Assembly (NCBI GenBank): GCA_963677765.1
Contig: OY782392.1
Location: 720,001 to 752,000 of the forward strand
DNA from: Candidatus Saccharimonadota bacterium
GTDB lineage: Bacteria; Patescibacteriota; Gracilibacteria; BD1-5; UBA6164
Reading direction: 5' to 3'
Length of the DNA stretch: 32,000 bases
The notes under the pieces were generated by a model that was given only the letters and a program-made list of their open reading frames with translations, searched no databases and had not been told where the DNA came from. Shown here one piece after another: positions 18,259 to 29,745 of the stretch. Every line of letters begins with the position of its first letter. The stretch's first letter is position 1. The position numbers and the translations under genes were made by a program.

Positions 18259-19404
18259 ATGTTTAAAAAAGAAACATCTTTTATATTAAATTTTGGAATG
18301 ATTATATTGTTAATGTTTTCATTCTTCTATGTTTTATATATATGAGCTAGTTTAATTATACCATTTATAATAGCTTTGCTATTTTCTTTTGCTATAATTT
18401 GATTATCTAATTTTTTTAGAAAGTTTAGGATCCCTGCTTTTATATCATTTTTGTTATCTTTAATATCATATTCATTGATATTTTGGCTAGTCTGAAAGAT
18501 GATAGGTTCAAATATTGATGAACTTATAAAACTATTACCAGATTATCAAGAAAAAGTATTAAAAATTATATCAGATTCATTGGCTTATCTACGTATACCA
18601 GAACCAAGTAATATAACAGAGGTATTAAATCAAATCAATTTACAATATGTATTTACTCGTACTGTATGATGAGTAACTTCTATATTTTCTAGTGCCTGAA
18701 TTATATTATTTTATGTTTTATTTATATTATTAGAATATAGACATTTTAGAAATAAGTTATATTTAATGATATGACATTCTGATAAAAAGTTTCAAATACT
18801 TGAAACTCTTGATAAGATTAAATCAGATGTAAAGTCATATTTTGTTATAAAAACTTTTGTATCTCTTTTTACAGCATTATTTAGTTATCTAGTTATGAAA
18901 GCTTTTGGTTTAGATTTTGCTGTATTTTGGGCACTACTTATTTTTATATTGAACTTTATCCCAAGTATAGGTTCAATAATTGCTGTTATGTTTCCATCTC
19001 TTTTATCTTTAGTACAACCATGATTTACTTTATATGATTCGTTATTTATGATATCAGGTTTAGTATGAGTTCAAGTTATGATGTGAAATATAATTGAACC
19101 TAAATTTATGTGAAATAAATTAAATTTGAGTCCTCTTGTTATTATACTATCATTAGGTTTTTGGTGAACATTATGGTGAGTTATTTGAATGTTATTATCA
19201 GTACCAATAATGGTTATTATAAATATAATACTTTCAAAAATACCAATTACTAGACCTTTAGCTATATTGTTATCTGAAAAATGAGAACTCCAAATTAGTT
19301 GATGAGATGATGTTATTGAAAATAGAAAGAAGTTAGTTGAAAATATAAAAGAGAAATTTAATAAAAAAGATAAAAAAAAGGATAAAAAAAATAATAAAAA
19401 ATAA
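18259..19404 (+). CDS. AI-2E family transporter (PerM/YhhT, UPF0118)
   Basis: It is a multi-TM protein. ...ALLIFILNFIPSIGSIIAVMFP...[43 protein letters not shown]... are the characteristic NFIPxxG and N.iEP...g..l.l.P blocks. It has a Lys-rich tail. 382 codons. Confidence 0.85.
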
Positions 19405-19416
19405 TATATTAAAAAT

Positions 19417-19626
19417 ATGGAAAAAATAAAAATTGAAATTGATTCTAAATATAGAGAACATTTAGATTTATTAAAACAAATAATACCAGATACTGATGGT
19501 AGCGTTATAAAAGATGACTCTAGAGTTACAGAGCTTTTAGTTGAAACATTTATAGGTTTTTTACAAGAACAATCACATGAACATAATCATGATCATGAAT
19601 GAGGTTGTTGTTGACATGATCATTAA
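19417..19626 (+). CDS. Small protein (69 aa) with a His/Cys-rich C-terminal tail
   Basis: MEKIKIEIDSKYREHLDLLKQIIPDTDGSVIKDDSRVTELLVETFIGFLQEQSHEHNHDHEGGCCGHDH. The track ORF stops at the TGA at 19600-19602. Table 25 adds GGCCGHDH before the TAA at 19624. Confidence 0.6.
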
Positions 19627-19662
19627 AAAAATAGAACTTTTGTTCTATTTTTTTTGTTATTT
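19624..19662 (+). repeat. 39-nt exact repeat, copy A (stop codon + terminator hairpin AAAAAAATAGAAC-TTTT-GTTCTATTTTTTT)
   Basis: TAAAAAAATAGAACTTTTGTTCTATTTTTTTTGTTATTT is identical to 23340-23378. The hairpin and T-run at 19625-19655 form a Rho-independent terminator. Confidence 0.9.
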
Positions 19663-19711
19663 ATACTAATATGATATCATTAAAGTTGATATTATTAATT
19701 ATTAATAAATT

Positions 19712-20953
19712 ATGAAATATATATATATAATTTTTGTTTTATTTATATTAAGTTCTTGTATAAATAATGAGTTAAATAGAGATAGTGAAATTATTTCTAA
19801 CAATAATAATGAAATAAATTCTCAAGAAAGTGTTTCTTTTATTGAAAATAATAAGCTTAAATTCTTGGAATGAGATTATTATTGAGTTATCGAATCTTTA
19901 GAAAAATCAGAAATTGATACTTATGAATCTAATATTTTATTAGCTGAATCTTATTTAAATTATTGAAATGCATATTATGATGAATCTAAAAATTCTGAAA
20001 AGGCATTATTAATATTGAATAATATGGAAGATGATTTTTATGTATTATTTTTAAAGTGATATGCTAATGAAATTATTAAAAATTATGATGATTCATTAAA
20101 ATATTATTATGAAGCATTAAATATAGATTGATTATCTAATGATGAAAAAAGTGTAGCATACAATCAAATATGACATATTTCTCAATTAATGTGATTCTCA
20201 CAAGAAGCATATAATTTTTACCAAAAAGCTTATGAGTTGAATAAAAATAATGTTTCTATAAATTTAAATATTTGAAGGTCTTTAATTCACTCATGAGACT
20301 TAATTGAAGGTAAAAAATATTTTGAAAATGCTTTAAGTTTAACTGATAATACTTTTCTTAAATCTGAAATATACTATTGACTTAGCTCTATAGTTTTAAA
20401 TAGTAGTGATTATAATACTACTACAGATATATATAATATATTTGAAAAATCTCTTGAATATGCTGATAAATCTTTAACTAGTAATTCTAATTATCCATTA
20501 GCATATGTTTGATATGCTAGAGCATTAATATTATTAAATAAAGATTTAGATATAGCTGAAGATTATTTAAATAAATCTATTGAGTTATATCCAAATTTAT
20601 CTGTTGCATATAAATATTTATGATATTTAAATATGAATCAAAATAATTATAAAGATTCTATTGTTAATTTTAATAAATCTTTAGATCTTTTATCCGATGA
20701 TATTACTTTAATGTGATATGAAAGAAATAATAAGTGAGAATTATATTTTCAAATCTCTTATTCTTATGCCAAACTATGAGATAAAATTAATAGTTTAGAA
20801 TATTTAAAAAATACAATTAATGCTAAAAGTAAATATACTAATAACTTATTATTTAAGGAGCTATTGAAAGAGAATAATTGAGTATTTGTAATACTTAAAT
20901 GAAATGATTATTTCGATAATTTATTAAAACTTTTAAATATCAATAAAAATTAA
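19712..20953 (+). CDS. TPR-repeat lipoprotein
   Basis: MKYIYIIFVLFILSSC (lipobox LSSC). It continues with repeated TPR-like units (..AESYLNYGNAYYDE.., ..YYYEALNID.., ..AYNFYQKAYELN.., ..YFENALSL.., ..DYLNKSIELYPN..). 414 codons. Confidence 0.75.
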
Positions 20954-20963
20954 TTATAAAAAC

Positions 20964-23342
20964 ATGAAAAATTTACTTAAATTAAGTATAGTATTTATTT
21001 TAATATCTTATTCAAATACTATAAATGCAGAATGGACACAGGAACAATCAGCATGATATTATGCTGCTAATCCAGATGTTTTAGCGGCTGTTTTATCTTG
21101 AGAAGTTAATTCAGCTGAAGATCATTATAATGATTGGTGAGAATCTGAATGAAGAAATCCTAATCCATGAATTGATTTATGATGAGCAACTATAGATGTA
21201 GTTTATGATTGAGTTCATGATTCTATATTAGATGAACTTGCAGCAGTTGCTATATTAGAATATTATTGAGATACTTCAACGCAATTTACTGATCATAAAT
21301 GAGATACAGTTTCTGTTTTGGAGTCTTACTCAACTTTTATTGATCGTATTAGTAACTGATGAGCAGAAGCAGTTATAAATCAAGACAGTAGTTGAGCTGT
21401 AAATGTATGATGTTCTAATAATTCCAATCTTGTACAAATTACTCCCTTATCTAATAATTGATTAACTTGAAATTCTTCTAGTTGATGAACTGATCCAGCT
21501 CAACAAGCAACTACAACTACAAATACAACAAACGGATGATCATGTTCAAGTTATATATCTAGTTGGTCACCATCATGGAGTGAATGTAGTATAGAATGAA
21601 CATGGAATATTAATTGAACAATAAACTGTAAACAAACAAATAACTGGTCACCAAATAGTAGTAGCTGTGGTACACTGATAACAACAACTACAACAACATG
21701 TGTTTGAATTGAATGTAATTCTAGTACTAGTTCTTCATGTGATAGTTCTAGTTGTCCATCTAATGCACCAAGACCACCAGTACAATTAGACACAAAAATA
21801 GTAAGTATGTTACTATCAAATACAACAACAGAAAATAACGGATCCTTTGCTAATAATCTAGATACTAATGATATTAAAGTGAAAATTTTATGAACAACAA
21901 ATCAAAATAAATCAATAGTAAATTGGTGAACTAATTGAGTTTTTTCAAACTTTATAGATACATCATCTATACCATCAGACTTATTAAATAATGAATGAAA
22001 AGCTTTAAATTTTGAAAGTGTTCCAAATAATATAAATATCCAACAAATAAATTGACAAAACTTTGAATTCACAATATCAAATATAAAATCTAGAACTCCT
22101 ATTGTTAGAAATGATTGAAAAATTAGATTCAATGCATGATCTACTATATTAGAATTAAATAGTATTAACTATAATTTCAAGAAACCATTTACATGATATA
22201 TTGAAGTAAAAAATCCATATACACTATTATGGGATTGAAAAACTACTTTGTGAACTCAATTAGATTATAAGTTAAATCTATTAGAAGAAAGTAATATAGA
22301 TAAAGATTTATTATCTAATTATAGTTTAATTGACTTTAGTTCTGATATAAAAGAATATTGAGAATGATTAGAAGTTCAAAATATAAGCTTAAGTTGAGCT
22401 ACATTAAATGATACTAATTGAACTATATTTAGCGCAAGAGTAAATACAAATAGCTGAGCAACTGTGTTAAATGATAATCCATGACTACAAATAGATTTAC
22501 CAGTCATAAACTATATTTTTGCTTGAGAAAAAGTATGATATTATCTAAGTAAAGAAACATCTTGAGATGATACTACTCCAATAACATCAGAATGAGAAAA
22601 ATTCAAATGAGTAAAAATACTATGAAATCTAGAATGAGGATGAAAACAAGTATTTACATGACAAGAAGATAATTTTTCTAGTGTTTTATGACTTTGATCT
22701 AGAGCTAAAATTAGACAAAATGCATATGAAAATATTTCAACAATGAATTCTAGTCAAATAGCAGATGGAGTTCTTTACATAGAATGAGATTATAGAATAT
22801 CTTGAAATGTAAGTTATGAAACTTTAGTAGTTAAGAATTGAAATATTATAATTAGCTGAGATTTAAATACATCAAATAAAAAATTATGATTAATTGTATT
22901 AAAAGATAATTATAATACATCAAATTGATATAATGATAAATGAAATGTATATGTTAAACCAAATGTAAGATATATAAATGCAAGTATTTATGCAGATTGA
23001 TGATTAATAAGTGTATGAAATGATGAGCTACCATTTCCAGTTGATAATTCAGAAAGAACATATAGTTTAAAGAATCAATTATATATGAAATGAACATTAT
23101 CTACTAGGAATACAATTGGTTGAGCAATCTTAGCATGATGAAAATATATATTGCCATGATGAACACAAACTGATAATTTTGACTTATCTATGCAATATGA
23201 TTTGAATTATATTAGAAGATGATCATTAGATTGGGACAAAAACTCTAATTGATTATTGGATAATTGAGAATATATAGATTCATTTATAATTGAGTATAAT
23301 CCTAATATTCAAATTGATCCTCCTAAATTATTTTCAAATTAA
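20964..23342 (+). CDS. Large secreted protein (792 aa) with a Cys-rich WS..WS.CS segment and poly-Thr/Ser linkers
   Basis: The signal peptide is MKNLLKLSIVFILISYSNTINA|EW. The N-terminal part has YYAANPDVLAAVLSGEVNSAEDHYNDWGESEGRNP. Positions 21540-21790 encode SCSSYISSWSPSWSECSIEGTWNINGTINCKQTNNWSPNSSSCGTLITTTTTTCVGIECNSSTSSSCDSSSCPSNAPRPP. The C-terminal ~500 aa is rich in beta-strand-like repeats. 793 codons. Confidence 0.7.
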
Positions 23343-23378
23343 AAAAATAGAACTTTTGTTCTATTTTTTTTGTTATTT
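23340..23378 (+). repeat. 39-nt exact repeat, copy B (stop codon + terminator hairpin)
   Basis: It is identical to 19624-19662. The hairpin and T-run at 23341-23371 terminate the 792-aa protein gene. Confidence 0.9.
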
Positions 23379-23547
23379 TTATTTTATTATATATAATAAT
23401 TATAGATATTTTTTAAAAGGATATTTAAATGATGGAATGTTTTAGTAAATTATTTTATGTTTTTCTTTTTATGAGATAAATATTTATTGAAATATTTCAT
23501 TATTTGTTCTTTTAAAAAGTATCTTTTTTATATATTAAATTTTTTTT

Positions 23548-25830
23548 ATGATAAATTTATCAGATAAAAATGCTACAATGTTGACTCCTTTGAAAAAGTC
23601 ATATGAAATATCAGGAGAAAAAATTTCTTTTGAATCATGAAAATTAGGTTTATTAATAAATGGTTCAGTAACTATTAGTGATGAAAATGATAATGTATTA
23701 TTTGTTTCTACTTGATTTAAACAAGAATGATTAAATGAGAAAGCTGATTTTTTTCCGCTTATAGTTGAATGGCAAGAAAAATTTTATGCTACTGGTAAAA
23801 TAGGTGGTAATAGATTTCAAAAAAGAGAATGAAGACCTAGTGATGAGGCTACTTTAACAGCAAGACTTATTGATAGACCAATAAGACCAATGTTTCCAAA
23901 ATGAATTATTAACGATACTCAAATTATCGCTACAGTTTTATCTTCTAGTTGAGAAAAAGAATTAGGTTTATGGTGAATTTCATGAGCTTCTATTTGACTT
24001 ATGTTAGCTTGAACTCCTTTTGAATGACCTGTTGCTGGTTGTAAAATATCTTTAATGGAAGATGATAGTTATGTTTTTAATCCAACAACAAAACAAGAAC
24101 ATGATGCAAAATTAACTCTTCTTACTGCATGAACTTTAGATGCTATAACTATGGTAGAAGCATGAGCTAAAGAAGTTAGTGATGAAGAAATGGTTAGTGC
24201 TTTAGAAAAATCTCATGAAATAATAAAATCTATATGTAATGCACAATTAGATTTTGTAGCAGAGTATAAAAAAGTATTTTGAATAGAAGAAGTAGAAGCT
24301 ACTTATAATAATCCAGATGAATCTTTATATGATCTAGTAAAAGAATTTTTAACAGAAGAAAAAATGGAAGTTCTTTACAATAAAGGTAAAAAAGAATTTC
24401 AATTTGAGTTAAATAATCTTGATGTAGAAGTTAGAGACTATTTGTCTGAAAAATGATATATAGTTTGAGAATGATCAGATAATATTTGAGAATCTTGTTT
24501 AGTTTCAGAAGATAAAAAAGTCGATGAATCTTCTGTTTGAGCTCTTGTATATAAAAGAGTAAAAGAAGTTATGAGATCTAACATATTAACTAAAGAAAAA
24601 AGATTAGATTGAAGAAAATTAGATGAAGTTAGACAAGTTATAGGTGAAGTTTGATTGTTACCAAGAACTCATGGTTCTGCGTTATTTCAAAGATGAATGA
24701 CTCAAGCTTTATCTATTACTACTTTAGGTTGACCTGATGATGTTCAAACATTGGATTGAATGATGCCTGAATCTGAAAAAAGATATATACATCATTATAA
24801 TTTTCCACCATATTCAGTAGGAGAGGTTAGAATGATGAGATGAGTTGGTAGAAGAGAAATAGGTCATTGAGCTTTAGCTGAAAGAGCTTTAGTTCCTGTA
24901 CTTCCTTCTGAAGAAGAATTTCCATATACAATGAGAGTTGTTTCTGAAATAACTACATGTAATGGTTCAAGTTCTATGGCTTCTGTTTGTGGTTCAACAA
25001 TGAGTCTTATGCATGCTTGAGTACCAATTAAAGCTCCTGTTGCATGAGTTGCTATGTGAATGATTTATGATGAAAAAACTTGAGATTACAAAATATTATC
25101 AGATATACAAGCTCAAGAAGATTTTTTAGGTGATATGGATTTTAAAGTTGCAAGAACAAAAAAATGAATTACAGCTATGCAATTAGATGTAAAAATAAAA
25201 TGATTAAAAATGGATGTTTTTAGAAATGCATTTAAACAATCTATAGGTGCAATTGATTATATATTAACTCAAATGTTATCTGTACAAGATAAACCAAGTG
25301 AAAAATTATCTAAATATGCTCCACTTATTCTTAGTTATCAATTACCAGTTTCAAAAATAAGTAGTGTAATCTGAAAATGATGAGAAAATGTTCAAAGAAT
25401 GGAAAAAGAATACTGAGTAAGAATCTCAATAGCTGAAGATTGAGTTACTACTATTACTGCTGAAAATCAAGACTGATGAGAAAAAGTTATTGATGAAATA
25501 AAAGAAATTCTATGGGTTCCAGAAGTATGATATAAATGAATAGGTAAAGTAGTCAAAATAATTGATTGAACTTGAGCTATTATTGAGTTTAGATGAAAAT
25601 CATGAATGATTCATATTTCAAAATTATCTTATAAAAGAATTGAAAAAGTAGAAGATGTTTTAAACATGTGAGATGAAGTTAAATTTGAAATTATTCAAGT
25701 AGATCTTGATAAATGAAGGATTTGATTAAAAAGGGAATTATCTGAACAAGAACAAAAAGAATTAGATGAAATAAAAGCAAAAAAAGCTAAAGAACAAGAA
25801 GAAAAAAATGATAAAAAAGAAGAAAAATAA
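23548..25830 (+). CDS. pnp: Polyribonucleotide nucleotidyltransferase (PNPase)
   Basis: ...[13 protein letters not shown]...[52 protein letters not shown]...[13 protein letters not shown]...[18 protein letters not shown]...[13 protein letters not shown]...RREIGHGALAERAL...[34 protein letters not shown]...[11 protein letters not shown]... It is followed by KH (VIGKGGENV) and S1 ([16 protein letters not shown]) domains. 761 codons. Confidence 0.97.
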
Positions 25831-25858
25831 AAAAAGAACTCTTAGAGTTCTTTTTTTA
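25828..25858. terminator. Bidirectional palindromic terminator shared by pnp and the convergent response regulator gene
   Basis: TAAAAAAAGAACTC-TTA-GAGTTCTTTTTTTA. The outermost triplets are the two stop codons (25828-25830 on + and 25856-25858 on -). Confidence 0.8.
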
Positions 25859-26530
25859 TTCTTTTAATATAAATCATTTAGAATTGAGAGTTATTAAATT
25901 AAATTCATCTCATAATTTTTTTCTTAAATTAAATATCGTTACATTTATTGTATTATCACTTATTCATATACCATCATAAGATCACCATATAGATATTGTT
26001 AGATCAGTTCTTTTTATTATTTTATTTTTATTTATTATAAAATATTCAATTAATAAAAGTTCTCTTTTTGTAAATTGAATATTTATGTGATTCTTTGATA
26101 TTATATTTCAATATCTTAAGTCATATTCAATATTTTTATACTTTATTATTGAAGATATATGTTCTCATTTTCTTCTTACAAGACTCCTTATTCTTGCCAT
26201 TAATTCCTCAGTATTATATGGTTTATCCAAATAGTCATCAGCTCATAAATCTAAACCATATATTTTTTTATCATATTCTGAATATCATGATGTAATTATT
26301 ATATGTGATTTTATATTTTTTGATTCTCTTAGCCATTGAATTATTTCAAATCATTCATTTTCTGAATTTCATAAATTTAAATCTATTATATATAAATCAG
26401 ATTCAATTTTATGATTTGATATAACTTCGTTTTTTGAATTATATTCAGATACAAAATATCAATTTTTCTTTAGTTTTTTAGCTAAAATCATAGATAATTT
26501 CATATCATCTTCAATAATAGTTATCTTCAT
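25856..26530 (-). CDS. OmpR-family response regulator (receiver + winged-helix)
   Basis: MKITIIEDDMKL...DLYIIDLNLG...GADDYLDKPYNTEELMARIRSLVRR...FTKRELLLIEYFIINKNKIIKRTDL...DNTINVTIFNLRKKLG...KGFILKE. The acidic pocket DD, the phospho-Asp and KP are conserved. 225 codons. Confidence 0.9.
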
Positions 26531-26632
26531 TATATTTTTTTATTATTTTAAATTTCAATAATTTTATCCATAAAATCTCTTTTACAAAATAATATGTATT
26601 TATAGGTTCATTTATCATAATTTTTATAAATT

Positions 26633-26652
26633 AAATGTAACTAAAATGTAAC
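26633..26652. promoter_or_regulatory. Direct repeat AAATGTAAC-N2-AAATGTAAC (11-bp phasing): candidate OmpR-type response-regulator binding site
   Basis: Two identical 9-mers at 26633-26641 and 26644-26652, in the 168-bp divergent region between the RR gene (start 26530) and the 26699 operon. Confidence 0.4.
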
Positions 26653-26657
26653 AAATT

Positions 26658-26686
26658 AAAAATATAAGTTAATTACTTATATTTTT
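26658..26686. promoter_or_regulatory. 12-5-12 perfect inverted repeat immediately upstream of the 26699 ATG
   Basis: AAAAATATAAGT-TAATT-ACTTATATTTTT ends 13 nt before the start codon. It could be an operator or a leader hairpin. Confidence 0.35.
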
Positions 26687-26698
26687 AATTTATATTTT

Positions 26699-27526
26699 AT
26701 GGTTTTAAAACTAGATGTTAGTTCATTTGATACTAAAAAAATTACTAATTGAGATTTAAAAAAGATATCTTTGATTGAGAAAGATATTTGGGCAACTTGA
26801 ATATGAGAATATGTTAAGTGTAACTATTGCAATGAGATACATTCAAAAGAAGATATTTTCTGACATTTGCCTATTGATATTAAGAAGAAAAGTGTAGATA
26901 TACTAGAAGAATTATTTTTGTCAGATACAATTAATTGTAAAAAGTGTAAATCTTGAAATACATCTTTTATATATGATCTAGATTTTAATATCCAAAATAT
27001 TATAGATAGATATAAAAATAGTGTTGAATCATATTTAAGTATTTTACATGATGATGAATGAAATTTTTATTGATTTTCTGATTGATATATTGATAAATTT
27101 AAAATTATATATAAAAATGAGCTTTTGATTTATTTTTGAGAAGACCTTTATAATGATTTAATTAATAATTGATTTGTGGATAATTTTATTAATTATTTTT
27201 GTTGTAGTTCTGTTTGAATACTTGAAGAGAAAAAAAGTTTTAAAAATTTATATTTATTATTAAAAAAAATGTATTTTTCAATAGATGATAAATACAATGA
27301 TTTGGTATGAGTAGCAGAGATTGATAATTTTAGTTTTATAAGAAGATTATCAACTAATTTATGAGCAAGAGAGTATTTACTAGATAGTTATAATAAGAAA
27401 AACAAAAATAGTAATAATAATAGCAATTTATATTTTCAAAATTGACTGATATGAAAATATAAAGAACTATTTTCTTATGATTTGAAAGAATTTGTTATTA
27501 AAAATTTCAAATCCACTTGTAAATAA
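26699..27526 (+). CDS. Hypothetical protein with paired CxxC motifs (zinc-ribbon-like), first gene of the histidine-kinase operon
   Basis: MVLKLDVSSFDTKKITNGDLKK...YVKCNYCNEIHSKEDIF...DTINCKKCKSGNTSF... 276 TAA/TAG-free codons. I recognise no family. Confidence 0.55.
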
Positions 27527-27573
27527 GTAAAAAACTAATAATTTATATATTAATAATTATTATCAATATCATA

Positions 27574-29670
27574 ATGTCATTTTATATATTCTTCTACTTC
27601 TTAATAATTTTTTTATTAATTTATATTTGAATAAAAATTTATTTAACCTTCAAAAGAACAAGTTGAATATATTTTTTAATATCTATGATTTTAACATCTT
27701 TTCGGTTTATTTTATATATTTTTTCTTTTACAAATATCTTTGCTCAAGAAATATATTTATATCTAAATAGATTAATGTATTTTACATCTTTATGATGATT
27801 TTATAGTTTTATATTATTTTTGTATTTTTTTAAAAATAAATTTATTATAAGCAAAATATATTATAACTTAATTTTTGTTTTAATATCATTTGTATTAATA
27901 GTTTTTACACCTTTGTTTGTATTATCAATATATGAATTAAATGGTTTATATTATGAAAGTTATTGAAAATATTATATTTTATTATTTATATTTTATTATA
28001 TTTTATATTTATATATTCCATTTTTATCTTATAAAACTATAAAAAATACTAAATTAATTAATAAAATTAGATTAAAATATATAGTTTTATGATATCTTTT
28101 ATTTGTATATTTAATTCAAGTATTTCAACTATTTCTTCCAATATGGGGATTTTATTTTTTGGAAAAAGAATCTATTATTTTTATAATACCTCTTATATTT
28201 TTTTCATATTATTCAATTACTAGATATAGTTTTTCAAATTTATTTTTAAAATCAAAAGAAATATTATCATTATTATTTTCAATCATATTTACTATACTTT
28301 TACTTTTATTTATAAAGAAAATATCAATTTTATTTTGATTAGAATTCCTTAATTTCTGGTGAATTAGTCATAGTTTTACTTATATTGATATTATTTTTTC
28401 TATAATAATTTTTTATGCATTAAATATAATTTTAAATAAAATATTACCTTGAAATAAAAATTATGAAAATTTTATTGAAGATATATTAAAAATACAAAAT
28501 GAGCTTCGTTTTATTTTGAACTTTAAATCTATTAAAAAGTATCTTAATAATAAAATTTATACTAATTATTGAATAAAATATTCAAATATAATATTAATTA
28601 ATAATGAAAATAAAAATTTTGAATTATTTAATTTTTTTAATAATAATTTAAATTCTTATTTTATAAATGATATTGTTTTTTTAGAAGAAAATAAAAATAA
28701 ATTTGATATATGAAAAATTAAATCACAAATCAATAGAGAATCATATATAATTTTTCCTTTGAGAAATAATGTTTGAGAATTAATATGATTTTTTGAATTA
28801 TGAAAAAAAATGTATCTTGAGAATTATTATTCTGAAGAAATAGATATAATAAAAGGATTTGTAAATTTTTTATCTAGTCATTTAAAATATGTTGAAATAT
28901 ATTCAAGTATTAATTATTTGAATCTAAATTTAGATAAGGAAATTGATAAAAAAACCATAGAATTTAATAATTTAATAAATAAGCAAAAAGAATTTATATC
29001 GGTTGCTTCTCATGAGATAAAGACTCCTATCATGTCATCAAGCTTACAAATTGAAAGTATAATCGATGATGTTAATGAAAATAGTTATGATATTGATTAT
29101 CTAAAAGAAGAACTTTATATATTAAAAGAACAAATATTTAAAATATCAGATTTATCTAAGGTTTTATTTGATATAGAAAAATATGATATTTGAAAAGTAA
29201 ATTTATATATAGAAAGAGTTAAGTTAGAAACAATTTTTTTAAATGAAATTTATTATTTAAAAAAAATAAATAATAAATTAGAAATAGATTTCATTTTTGA
29301 TGATAAAATATGATATATAGATTTGGATAAAATTCAATTTACACAAGTTATATCAAATATAATTAATAATGCTAATAAATTTTCTGATAAAAATAAACCT
29401 AAAATATTAATTAAGGTTTCTAGTATAGATGATTATATAAAAATTAATATTGATGATAATTGAGTATGATTTAGTTATGATGAAAATGAATATATTTTTG
29501 ATAAATATAATACTTGAGAATGAGAATCTATATGATTAGGTTTAGGTTTATATTTATGTAAGAAAATAACAGAATACCATTGATGAAAAATAAAAGCTAA
29601 TAATTCTAAAATACTTTCCTGAGCATCTTTTGAGATTATTATACCAAAGTTACAAAAAAGAGATATATAA
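27574..29670 (+). CDS. Sensor histidine kinase with a polytopic N-terminal membrane domain
   Basis: About 300 aa of TM segments, then H-box EFISVASHEIKTPI, N-box VISNIINNANKFS, G1 IDDNGVGF and G2 GLGLGLYLCKKITEYHGGKI. Track ORF 28810-29193 is an in-frame internal fragment. 699 codons. Confidence 0.9.
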
Positions 29671-29681
29671 TATCTCTTTTT
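29654..29681 (+). terminator. Hairpin + T-run overlapping the histidine kinase stop codon
   Basis: AAAAGAGATA-TATAA-TATCTCTTTT, then T. The stop codon at 29668-29670 lies in the loop. Confidence 0.6.
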
Positions 29682-29745
29682 ATTGAATATATATTTAATA
29701 TTATTATTATATTTTTAGTTTTACTATTATATTAATAATATTTTA

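Noticed and set aside
21551-22132. Track ORFs 21551-21793(-) and 21902-22132(-)
   Set aside because: They are antisense to the 792-aa secreted protein gene. They exist only because this Cys/Thr/Ser-rich stretch is locally less AT-rich and so has fewer chance stops.
23429-23479. 16-codon mini-ORF (MMECFSKLFYVFLFMR) with an AAAGGA upstream, in the pnp leader: possible leader peptide or attenuator
   Set aside because: It is too short to distinguish from chance in AT-rich DNA. I could not define alternative-hairpin structures, and I have no conservation data.
27400-27440. NSNLYFQNG in the CxxC protein, resembling a TEV-protease site (ENLYFQG), raising the thought of an engineered sequence
   Set aside because: The match is imperfect (no Glu, and Asn instead of Gly/Ser). 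It is embedded in an Asn-rich low-complexity run typical of this genome, and nothing else suggests a construct.
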